Notes under the pieces: generated by a model
Told to the model about the DNA's origin: nothing
Databases searched by the model: none
Seen by the model: the letters and a program-made list of their open reading frames with translations, nothing else
Assembly: GCA_963785725.1 (NCBI GenBank)
Contig: CAWAWS010000039.1
Location: 192,001 to 256,000, forward strand
Direction of reading: 5' to 3'
DNA length: 64,000 nucleotides
Origin: an uncultured delta proteobacterium
GTDB taxonomy: Bacteria; Myxococcota_A; Polyangia; Palsa-1104
Part shown: one piece after another, positions 8,968 through 17,339 of the stretch
Numbering within the stretch: position 1 is the first letter of the stretch
Layout: each line of letters starts with the position of its first letter
Position numbers and translations under genes: made by a program

Positions 8968-11226
8968 ATGGCCCGCATCGAAGACGACATCGCCGAGCTG
9001 CAGCGCTGGTTCGACAGCCCGCGGTTCAAGGGAATCAAACGCCTGCACAGCGCGCGCGAGGTAGCCGAGCAGCGCGGCAGCATCAAGATCGACTATCCCG
9101 TCGCGCGCCTGGCGGCCGAAGGTTTCTACGATCGCCTGCGCGAGCTCTTCTCGCAGCGCAAGAGCATCACGACGTTCGGCCCCTATTCGCCGGGGCAGGC
9201 GGTCGCGATGAAGCGCCAGGGCATCGAGGGCATCTACCTCGGCGGCTGGGCCACGAGCGCAAAGGGCTCGAAGCAGGAAGATCCGGGGCCGGATTTGGCG
9301 AGCTATCCGCTCGGCCAGGTTCCCGACGAGGCGGCGCCGATCGTGCGCGCGCTGTTGACGGCGGACAAGAACCAGTTCCACGCCCGGACGCGCATGAAGG
9401 AAAAAGAGCTCAAGAACACGCCCGAGATCGACTATCGGCCGTTCATCATCGCCGACGCCGACACCGGCCACGGCGGCGACGCGCACGTGCGTAACCTCGT
9501 GCGCCGCTTCGTCGAAGTGGGCGTGCCGGGCTATCACATCGAGGACCAGAAGCCGGGCGTCAAGAAGTGTGGTCATCAAGGCGGCAAGGTGCTCGTGTCG
9601 GAAGACGAGCAGATCAAGCGGCTCTCGGCGGCGCGCTTTCAGCTCGACATCATGGCCGTGCCGGGGCTCATCGTCGCGCGCACCGACGCCGAGGCGGCCA
9701 CGCTGCTCGACGGTCGTGGCGACGAGCGCGATCAGCCGTTCATCCTCGGCGCCACCAACGTCGCGGTGCCGTCGTTCCGCGCGGCGTTCCTGGCGATCCT
9801 GCGGCAGTTCAACGCCGCCGGCGTCTCGGAGCTGAGCGGGTACCAAATCTACGCCATGTCGGAGGCGCAGTACGCGTACGCCGACGCCTGGCTCGAGCGC
9901 CACGAGCTCAAGGCAGGGATCGTCGAGGCGGCCGCGGCCTACAAAGCGGGCTCGGCCACCGTCGACGCCACGCTCGACAAGGTGTTCGACAAGTTCGTCG
10001 ACATTTGGCAGGAAGAGGCGGGCATCAAGACCTACGCCGAGGCGGTCGGCGAAGTCATCGCCTTCCGCGCCAACGAGGGCGAGCACCTGCCGTTGACGCA
10101 AGCCGAGTGGTTGACGTGGGCCAACAAGGTCGGCTGGTACGACGCGCAGGCCAAGGCCAAGTCGCTGCACCTCGACGTGACCTGGGACTGTGAGCACGCC
10201 AAGACGCCCGACGGCTACTACCAGATTCGCGGCGGCGTGCACTACGCGATCGCCAAGTCGCTGGCGTGCGCACCGTACTCCGACCTCTTGTGGATGGAGA
10301 CGAAGACCGCGGATCTGCACGAAGCGAAGGAGTTCGCCGACGCCATTCACGCCGTCTTCCCGGACAAGATGCTGGCCTACAACTTGTCGCCGTCGTTCAA
10401 CTGGGACACCACCGGCATGAGCGACGAGGACATGCGCAAGTTCCCCGAGGAGCTGGCCAAGCTCGGCTACGTCTTCAACTTCATCACCTACGGCGGCCAC
10501 CAAGTCGACGGCATCGCGTCGGAGGAGTTCGCGGCGTCGCTCAAGCAGGACGGCATGCTGGCGCTGGCCCGGCTGCAGCGCAAGCTGCGCCTCGTCGAGT
10601 CGCCCTATCGCACGCCGCAGACGCTCGTCGGCGGTCCGCGCGCCGACGCGGCCCTCATGTCGATCTCGGGCCGCACCTCGACGACGAAGGCGATGGGCAA
10701 AGGCTCGACGCAGTTCCAGCACCTCGTGCAGACCGAAGTTCCGCCGAAGGTCCTCGAAGATTGGCTGGAGCTGTGGCGCAAGCAGAACGACTATCCGTTC
10801 CAGCTCAAGGTGTCGCTCAAGCCGCACGCGCCGGGCTCGGATGTTCTCGAGCTCAGCATCCTGAGCCACAAGACCGTGCTCGGCGAAAAGGTGCTGAGCG
10901 TGGTCTTCACCAACGTTCAGGATCGTCGCGGTCGGCGCATTCTATCGGTGCGCGATCAGAACACCGATCCCGGACTGCGGCGTAAGCGCCTCATGACGCT
11001 GGCGCATCTGTTCCTCATCAATCGGTACAAAGTGGACTCGGTTCACTATCTGACGCCGAGCGAGGACAACGAGCGCCAGACCGAGAGCATGAAGCGGCAG
11101 GGCATCTTCTCGTCGGTGAATGCCGAGGTGGGCGAGATCATCGTCGCCGACGTCGACGCCGCGCAGATCAAGAAGCTCCTCACGGCCGATAAGGCCGAGC
11201 TCAAGCAGCTCATCTCGAAGGGCTGA
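8968..11226 (+). CDS. aceA: Isocitrate lyase, long form with C-terminal extension
   Basis: [15 protein letters not shown] catalytic motif, [19 protein letters not shown] upstream. Confidence 0.95.
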   Translation: MARIEDDIAELQRWFDSPRFKGIKRLHSAREVAEQRGSIKIDYPVARLAAEGFYDRLRELFSQRKSITTFGPYSPGQAVAMKRQGIEGIYLGGWATSAKGSKQEDPGPDLASYPLGQVPDEAAPIVRALLTADKNQFHARTRMKEKELKNTPEIDYRPFIIADADTGHGGDAHVRNLVRRFVEVGVPGYHIEDQKPGVKKCGHQGGKVLVSEDEQIKRLSAARFQLDIMAVPGLIVARTDAEAATLLDGRGDERDQPFILGATNVAVPSFRAAFLAILRQFNAAGVSELSGYQIYAMSEAQYAYADAWLERHELKAGIVEAAAAYKAGSATVDATLDKVFDKFVDIWQEEAGIKTYAEAVGEVIAFRANEGEHLPLTQAEWLTWANKVGWYDAQAKAKSLHLDVTWDCEHAKTPDGYYQIRGGVHYAIAKSLACAPYSDLLWMETKTADLHEAKEFADAIHAVFPDKMLAYNLSPSFNWDTTGMSDEDMRKFPEELAKLGYVFNFITYGGHQVDGIASEEFAASLKQDGMLALARLQRKLRLVESPYRTPQTLVGGPRADAALMSISGRTSTTKAMGKGSTQFQHLVQTEVPPKVLEDWLELWRKQNDYPFQLKVSLKPHAPGSDVLELSILSHKTVLGEKVLSVVFTNVQDRRGRRILSVRDQNTDPGLRRKRLMTLAHLFLINRYKVDSVHYLTPSEDNERQTESMKRQGIFSSVNAEVGEIIVADVDAAQIKKLLTADKAELKQLISKG

Positions 11227-11237
11227 CCCTCCTTCCA

Positions 11238-11290
11238 AGCGGCGGCGCGACTGGCCTTGCCTCGGCATGCCATTGCGCCGCCGCTCTTAT
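11238..11290 (+). terminator. Stem-loop after aceA
   Basis: AGCGGCGGCGC (11238-11248) pairs with GCGCCGCCGCT (11275-11285), with inner TGGC/GCCA and TGCC/GGCA pairs, followed by CTTAT. Confidence 0.6.
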
Positions 11291-11382
11291 GTCTGCCGAA
11301 AATGAATGACGATCGGACGACCAACGCCGTCCGATTCTAGCCGACGCCGTTCGTGCTCGCGTAAGTGGCGACGGTTCGTACA

Positions 11383-11430
11383 CCAGACAAGATCCGGTAG
11401 CCGGACAAGATCCGCATACCGGTTGCCACC
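11383..11430 (+). repeat. Dispersed motif copy 1 (18-nt-period tandem, putative enhancer)
   Basis: CCAGACAAGATCCGGTAG / CCGGACAAGATCCGCATA / CCGGTTGCCACC; 11393-11430 matches the reverse complement of 50797-50834 at 36/38. Confidence 0.9.
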
Positions 11431-11488
11431 TCGCGATCGAAGCCGCGCGATCGTGAAGCAAACGCGCGAGATCGTGGGCTCGCGAATT

Positions 11489-11504
11489 CGGCACGGCGCG
11501 TGCT
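11489..11504 (+). promoter_or_regulatory. Putative sigma54 -24/-12 promoter of the comM-recA operon
   Basis: CGGCACGGCGCGTGCT; GG at 11490-11491, GC at 11502-11503 (N10). Confidence 0.7.
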
Positions 11505-11517
11505 TTGGCTCCGGCGC

Positions 11518-13038
11518 GTGCTGGCAAAAGTGCAATCCGCGGCCGTGCTCGGCGTCGAAGCGTACGGCGTCTGCGCCGAAGTCGACGTCGCCAACGGCCT
11601 GCCCGGCTTCAACTTGGTCGGGCTGGGCGCGGGCGCCGTCAAAGAGGGCAGCGTGCGCGTGCGTGCGGCGCTCGATCATTCGGGCTGGAAGCTGCCGCCG
11701 CGAAAAGTGACCGTGAATTTGGCGCCGGCCGACGTCCGCAAAGACGGCGCCGCTTTCGATCTGCCCATCGCCGTCGGCGTGCTGGCCGCGCAAGAGATCG
11801 TACCGCGCGGCGCGCTCGAAGGAATCCTCATGCTCGGCGAGCTGTCACTCGACGGCAGCCTGCGCCGCGTCGCCGGCGGCCTGCCGGTCGCGATGTTCGC
11901 GCGCGAGCTCGGCGCCAAAGCGGTCATCTTGCCGACGGCGTGCGCCGCCGAAGCCGCCGCCATTCGCGAAGTGCCGGTGCTGGCCGCATCGTCGCTGCCG
12001 GAGGTCGCGGCCTATCTGCGCGGCGAGCACGAGCTCTTGCGCGTCGAAGAGCTGCGCGTGCCCGACAAAGGCTACGACGACGTCGACCTCTCGGACGTGC
12101 GCGGTCAGGAATACGTCAAGCTGGCGCTGGAAGTCGCGGCCGCGGGCTCGCACAACCTCTTATTAATAGGTGCGCCCGGTTCGGGTAAGAGCATGTTGGC
12201 GCGGCGGCTGCCGACGATCTTGCCGCCGCTCGACGAAGACGAAGCGCTGCAGACCAGTCGCATCTACTCGGCGGCAGGCAAGCTCGAGGGCGCATCGCTG
12301 ATTCGTCGCCGGCCGTTTCGTGCGCCGCATCAAGACGTGTCGATCGCAGGATTGATCGGCGGCGGAACGGGCGTGCCCAAGCCGGGCGAGATTAGCCTGG
12401 CGCACAACGGCGTGCTCTTTCTCGACGAGCTGCCGGAGATCAAGCGCGCGGCGCTGGAAGCGTTGCGGCAGCCACTCGAAGAGCGTCGCGTCACCATCGT
12501 GCGCGCGCGCCATTCGATCGACTATCCGGCGTCGTTCTCGCTCGTCGCGGCCATGAATCCGTGCCCATGCGGCTATCACGGCTCGTCGGTGCGCAGCTGC
12601 ACCTGCGATCTCCTGCGCGTCCGTCGCTATCGCGGTCGCGTCTCGGGTCCGCTGCTCGACCGGATCGATTTGCAGGTAGAAGTGCCGCAAGTCGAGTTCA
12701 AAGATCTGACGGCCGTCCGCGAAGGCGAGCCGTCGGCGAACGTACGCGATCGCGTCATGCAAGCGCGTGAGGTGCAGCGGCGCCGTCTCGTCGGCAGCGG
12801 CTTGCACGCCAACGCGCAGCTCGGTCCGCGACAGATCGCGCGCTGGTGCAAGCTCGACGCGACATCGGAGGCGCACTTGAAGGCCATCGTCGGCAAGCGC
12901 GGCATCAGCGCGCGCGGCGTCCATCGCATCCTGCGCGTCGCTCGCACGCTCGCCGACTTACAAGGCAGCGACGACATCGTTCGCGCGCACATTCAGTGCG
13001 CCATCGACTTTCGCGCCCTCGATCAGGAGCTGCGATGA
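11518..13038 (+). CDS. comM: YifB/ComM Mg-chelatase-like AAA+ ATPase
   Basis: VNLAPAD, FDLPIA, Walker A GAPGSGKS, RPFRAPH, GEISLAHNGVLFLDE, AMNPCPCG, SGPLLDRID. Confidence 0.95.
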   Translation: MLAKVQSAAVLGVEAYGVCAEVDVANGLPGFNLVGLGAGAVKEGSVRVRAALDHSGWKLPPRKVTVNLAPADVRKDGAAFDLPIAVGVLAAQEIVPRGALEGILMLGELSLDGSLRRVAGGLPVAMFARELGAKAVILPTACAAEAAAIREVPVLAASSLPEVAAYLRGEHELLRVEELRVPDKGYDDVDLSDVRGQEYVKLALEVAAAGSHNLLLIGAPGSGKSMLARRLPTILPPLDEDEALQTSRIYSAAGKLEGASLIRRRPFRAPHQDVSIAGLIGGGTGVPKPGEISLAHNGVLFLDELPEIKRAALEALRQPLEERRVTIVRARHSIDYPASFSLVAAMNPCPCGYHGSSVRSCTCDLLRVRRYRGRVSGPLLDRIDLQVEVPQVEFKDLTAVREGEPSANVRDRVMQAREVQRRRLVGSGLHANAQLGPRQIARWCKLDATSEAHLKAIVGKRGISARGVHRILRVARTLADLQGSDDIVRAHIQCAIDFRALDQELR

Positions 13039-13418
13039 CCGCGCGCATCGAGCTGAACGACTCGGGTCGCTGTTTCTTGCGTCATCGCGAGCTGATCGAA
13101 GCGACCGAGCAGCTGTATCGCAAGATCATGACGACGCACGTCGACGCCGATCTCTTGCGCATGGGCGCGAACTGCATGCACATCGCGGCGTCGGCGGCGA
13201 TGGGCTCGCACGATCCGCGGCAGACGCTCCAGAGCTGGCGCGAATGTGCGCTGGCCGAGCGGCAGATTCGCATCGCGACCTATCGCGCGCTGCGCGACGG
13301 CTGCATCAACAAGCACCGCTACGACCTCATGTTTCAGACGGCGACGCGAGCCGCGCGAACCCGAGAGGACGAACGGCAGCGACTGCGACGGCAGCTGCTG
13401 CGCATGAACCTGGCTTGA
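13035..13418 (+). CDS. Small helical protein, four-helix-bundle (23S rRNA IVP/Avd-like) related
   Basis: ATGA overlap with comM stop; C-terminal YRALRDGCINKHRYDLM resembles YDALDEGVIDARQFDALM of the 50406-50711 protein. Family call is inference. Confidence 0.6.
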   Translation: MTARIELNDSGRCFLRHRELIEATEQLYRKIMTTHVDADLLRMGANCMHIAASAAMGSHDPRQTLQSWRECALAERQIRIATYRALRDGCINKHRYDLMFQTATRAARTREDERQRLRRQLLRMNLA

Positions 13419-13451
13419 ACGAACGAGCGAACACAACGAATGGGGGAGAAC

Positions 13452-14507
13452 ATGAAGGCCAAAGAGCGTTTGAAGGCAGTGCAATTGGCGTTGGCAGCGA
13501 TCGAGAAGCAGTTCGGCAAAGGTGCGATCATGCCGTTGCAAGGCGATCGGGTGAGCGACGTCGAGGTCATTCCGACGGGCTCGTTGTCGCTGGACGCGGC
13601 GTTGGGAATCGGCGGCTTGCCGCGCGGTCGCGTCGTCGAGATCTACGGGCCGGAGTCGTCGGGCAAGACGACCCTGACGCTGCATGCCATCGCCGAGGCG
13701 CAAAAGATGGGCGGCACGTGCGCCTTCATCGACGCCGAGCATGCGCTCGATCCGCAGTACGCGCGGCGCCTCGGCGTGAAGCTGGAGGATCTCTTGGTGT
13801 CGCAGCCGGACAACGGCGAGCAGGCGCTGGAGATCGCCGATCAGCTGATCTGCTCGGGCGGCATGGACTTGATCGTCGTCGATTCGGTGGCGGCGCTGAC
13901 GCCGAAAGCCGAGATCGAGGGCGAGATGGGCGACGCGCACATGGGCCTGCAGGCGCGGCTCATGAGCCAGGCGCTGCGCAAGCTGACGTCGGTCACGTTC
14001 AAGCAGAACACGACGATCATCTTCATCAACCAGCTGCGGCAGAAGATCGGCGTCATTTTCGGCAACCCCGAGACGACGACGGGCGGCAACGCGCTCAAGT
14101 TCTACGCGTCGGTGCGGCTCGACATTCGTCGGCTGGGCGGCTTGAAGGACGGCGATCAGGCCATCGGCAATCGCGTCAAGGTCAAGGTCGTCAAGAACAA
14201 GTGCGCGCCGCCGTTCCGCCAGGCCGAGTTCGAGATCATGTTCGGCACCGGCGTCAATACGATGGGCGAGATCGTCGACCTCGGCGTCACGCACGGCCTC
14301 ATCGAGAAGTCGGGCGCGTCGCACATGCTCGACGGCGAGCGCATCGGCCTCGGGCGCGACAACACGTGCGCGTTCTTGCGCGAGCATCCGGAGATCGCCG
14401 AGTCGTTGCGTGACCGGCTCTTGTCGGCGTTGAAGACGGCCGAGCCCGAGCTGCCCGCGGCCACGCTCGAGGACGGCGTCGAGCCGCAAGGCCTGGCCGT
14501 CGCATGA
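13452..14507 (+). CDS. recA: Recombinase RecA
   Basis: [64 protein letters not shown]. Confidence 0.98.
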   Translation: MKAKERLKAVQLALAAIEKQFGKGAIMPLQGDRVSDVEVIPTGSLSLDAALGIGGLPRGRVVEIYGPESSGKTTLTLHAIAEAQKMGGTCAFIDAEHALDPQYARRLGVKLEDLLVSQPDNGEQALEIADQLICSGGMDLIVVDSVAALTPKAEIEGEMGDAHMGLQARLMSQALRKLTSVTFKQNTTIIFINQLRQKIGVIFGNPETTTGGNALKFYASVRLDIRRLGGLKDGDQAIGNRVKVKVVKNKCAPPFRQAEFEIMFGTGVNTMGEIVDLGVTHGLIEKSGASHMLDGERIGLGRDNTCAFLREHPEIAESLRDRLLSALKTAEPELPAATLEDGVEPQGLAVA

Positions 14508-15208
14508 GCGCGGTCTACACGCTGACGTTCCGCGGCGAGGATATCGTCCCCTGCGGTCGCGATCCGTTCCTGCGGCTGGAATTGGCCGCGGGCGCCATCG
14601 AGACCATCGCCGCCGTGGACGAGGGGGCGACGGTGGCGTTGCCGGCGGGGTCGCTGTTCGCGTCCTCACTGGAGCAACGGGACGATTGGGCCGGCAAGCT
14701 GGCCGACCTCTCGCGTGAACACGGCGTGGGACTGGCGTTTGGTATCGATCTGCTCGCCGACGAGCAATGGGTGGGGGCCCGTCGTCCGCGGTCGTTCGCG
14801 TTTGCGTGCGACCGCGGGCGGCGGCTTCTGTGGGCGTCGGCGGCGACGCGCGATCGAGACGTGCTCGACGATCGCGCGGTCTGGCTGAGCGGGCGGCAAA
14901 CGGTCGTGCTCCTGCAAAGCGACATCTTTCGCGCCGCTGCCCGCACGGTGGTCGAGCGCACGAAGCCAGATTTGACGCTGATCTTGGCTTACGGCGGCGC
15001 GACGCCGCGCTGGCGGCCGGCCTTGACGGCGCTCGACCGGCTGGCGCCGACGCTGCTCGTGCGCGAAGAGCTGTCGCGACGGCAGTCGGCGTGGACGGAA
15101 GCGCCGCGCGGCTGGCACGCCTCGGTCGCCTCCGCGTCGTCGTTCCTGACGGTCCATCGATTCCGCCCGCAAGACGTTGGCGTGCAGCCATCGGTCATGG
15201 GAGACTGA
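14504..15208 (+). CDS. Hypothetical protein, possible catalytically dead nitrilase fold
   Basis: ATGA overlap with recA stop; [30 protein letters not shown] and PDLTLILA echo CN-hydrolase motifs. Confidence 0.65.
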   Translation: MSAVYTLTFRGEDIVPCGRDPFLRLELAAGAIETIAAVDEGATVALPAGSLFASSLEQRDDWAGKLADLSREHGVGLAFGIDLLADEQWVGARRPRSFAFACDRGRRLLWASAATRDRDVLDDRAVWLSGRQTVVLLQSDIFRAAARTVVERTKPDLTLILAYGGATPRWRPALTALDRLAPTLLVREELSRRQSAWTEAPRGWHASVASASSFLTVHRFRPQDVGVQPSVMGD

Positions 15209-15215
15209 AGCGTCC

Positions 15216-17339
15216 GTGGGCAACGCGCGCGTCAACGTTCGCCGCAGTCGCTGGGCGGCCGCGAGCGGCCCCGTCGCCGGCGCCTTCGCGCTCGCCATCT
15301 TCTTCGGCCTCGATTTCGTCGGCGCCACGCTCGAGGTCATGGGCTTCTCGGACGAGAAAGCCTACAGCCTCATCCTGCATCGCTACGGCCGGCAGATCGT
15401 GCTCGATCAGCTGCGCGTGCTCGCCATCTACCTCGTCGCCGGCGCGATCTTCGGCGGCCTCGGCGCGCTCGTCGGCCGCTGGTGGGATCGCGCCCGCGGC
15501 CGCTCGCCGTCGAACGCGCGCCGCCTGGCGTGGAGCGTCTCGACGGCGCTCGTCCTGCACGCCTACTTCTTCGCGCGCAGCGTCGTCCACTATCCGCAGC
15601 TCTATTCCGAAGCGTTCTACGATCGGGGCGGCTTTCGGCGCGCGGCGATGGTGTGGCTGACGGAGCAGCTGTCGGCGCGCACGCTCGACGTCGGCCTCGG
15701 GCTGCTCATCGTCGTCGTCCTGGCGCTGCCGCTCGCCAAGCCGCACGCGCGCTCGGTCGCGCTCGCCTTCGTAAACCGACACGCGACTAAACGTTCGCTG
15801 CGTTGGCTTGGGCCGGCGGCGCTCCTCGTCTTGGTCCTGGCGACGGGCCTCTTCGTGCGCCGACATCATCTGCGGCACCCGTCGCGGCAGCCGAACGTGC
15901 TCTTGCTCGCCGTCGACAGCTTGCGCGCCGATCGCGTCTTCGGACCCGACGCCGCGCGCCGTTTCCCGTCGCTGGCGCAGCTGGCGTCGCGCGGCGTGCG
16001 CTTCGACGAGGCGCACGTGACCGTGCCACGAACGTTCCCCTCGTTCGTGACGCTGTTGACCGGTCGTTATCCGCATCATCACGGCATTCGCCACATGTTT
16101 CCGTCGGCAGCCGAGCGCGCGGCGATCGGTCCGGCGCTGCCGTCGGTCTTGCGCGATCACGGCTACCGCACGAGCGTCATCAGCGACTACGCCGGCGAGA
16201 TCTTTTCGCGCACGCCGATGGGCTTCTCGACGATCGACGTGCCCTACTTCGACATGAAGACGATCGTCGGGCTGCGCGGGCTGCAAGTGCATCCCAACGT
16301 GCTGCCTTATGCGACGAGCGAGCTCGGGCGCCGCCTCTTTCCGGCCGTCAACGCGATGCCGGAGCTGTCGGATCCGGCGCGCCTGGCTAAGCGCGCGCTG
16401 GCCGAGCTCGATCGCGCCGGCGATCAGCCGTTCTTCATGACCGTGTTCTTCTCGGCGGCGCATTTTCCCTACGCCTCGCCCGATCCCTATTATCGACGTT
16501 ACGGCGGCCACGATTACGACGGCCCCTATCGTTATCAGAAGCCGCCTTTGGCGCCGGCGCCGGCGGGCGAGCCCGATCGGCAGCAGATTCGCGCGCTCTA
16601 CGACGGCGCCGTGGCGGCGACCGACGCGGCCATCGGACGAATTCTGACGCGCCTCGAGGACGATGGGCTGGCCGACGACACCATCGTCGTGCTGCTCGCC
16701 GATCATGGGGAAAACCTCTACGACTTCGAAGATCGCGGAATGGGTCACGGCGATCATCTGCGGGGAAGCGCCGCCGATCATGTGCCGTGGGTGTGGATCG
16801 ATCCGCATGATCATCTGCCGCCGCACGATGTTCCCGGCCTCGTGCGCGACGTCGATTTCGCGCCCACGCTGTCGAAGCTGCTCGGCATTCCGGCGCCGCC
16901 GACCGACGGCGTCGACCTCGGCCCGCTCTTGCGCGGCACCAAGTCGACGCTCGATCTCGACGCGTTCCAAGAGACCGAGCTGTGGTTCACGAGCAACGGT
17001 CCCGGCTTCGGTCCCGACGAGCGGCTGCCCTATCCGACGATCACCGGCGTGTCCGACATGGCGCCCGACGACGACATCTATTTGCGTCCCGAATGGCAGG
17101 ATACGGTCGTCGTCGCCAAGCACCGCGCGCTGCGCACCGATCGCTGGAAGCTGCTCTATCGTCCGACGCGGCAAGGCGTCCTGTGGAGCCTCTACGATCT
17201 GCGCCAAGATCCCAACGAGCGTCAGGATGTGTTGGCCGAGCATCCCGATGTCGCGGCGAGCCTCGAGCAAAAGCTGAAGGCGTGGATGCTGCAAGATCCG
17301 CGGATGACGATGCGCGGCGAGTTCCTGGTGCCGAAATGA
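15216..17339 (+). CDS. Membrane-anchored sulfatase-like hydrolase/transferase
   Basis: N-terminal TM helices; PNVLLLAVDSLRAD, RTFPS..LLTGRYP, ADHGE, HGD. Confidence 0.85.
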   Translation: MGNARVNVRRSRWAAASGPVAGAFALAIFFGLDFVGATLEVMGFSDEKAYSLILHRYGRQIVLDQLRVLAIYLVAGAIFGGLGALVGRWWDRARGRSPSNARRLAWSVSTALVLHAYFFARSVVHYPQLYSEAFYDRGGFRRAAMVWLTEQLSARTLDVGLGLLIVVVLALPLAKPHARSVALAFVNRHATKRSLRWLGPAALLVLVLATGLFVRRHHLRHPSRQPNVLLLAVDSLRADRVFGPDAARRFPSLAQLASRGVRFDEAHVTVPRTFPSFVTLLTGRYPHHHGIRHMFPSAAERAAIGPALPSVLRDHGYRTSVISDYAGEIFSRTPMGFSTIDVPYFDMKTIVGLRGLQVHPNVLPYATSELGRRLFPAVNAMPELSDPARLAKRALAELDRAGDQPFFMTVFFSAAHFPYASPDPYYRRYGGHDYDGPYRYQKPPLAPAPAGEPDRQQIRALYDGAVAATDAAIGRILTRLEDDGLADDTIVVLLADHGENLYDFEDRGMGHGDHLRGSAADHVPWVWIDPHDHLPPHDVPGLVRDVDFAPTLSKLLGIPAPPTDGVDLGPLLRGTKSTLDLDAFQETELWFTSNGPGFGPDERLPYPTITGVSDMAPDDDIYLRPEWQDTVVVAKHRALRTDRWKLLYRPTRQGVLWSLYDLRQDPNERQDVLAEHPDVAASLEQKLKAWMLQDPRMTMRGEFLVPK

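Noticed and set aside
13035..13418. Diversity-generating retroelement suggested by Avd-like proteins
   Set aside because: No reverse transcriptase and no TR/VR pair differing at adenines were seen.
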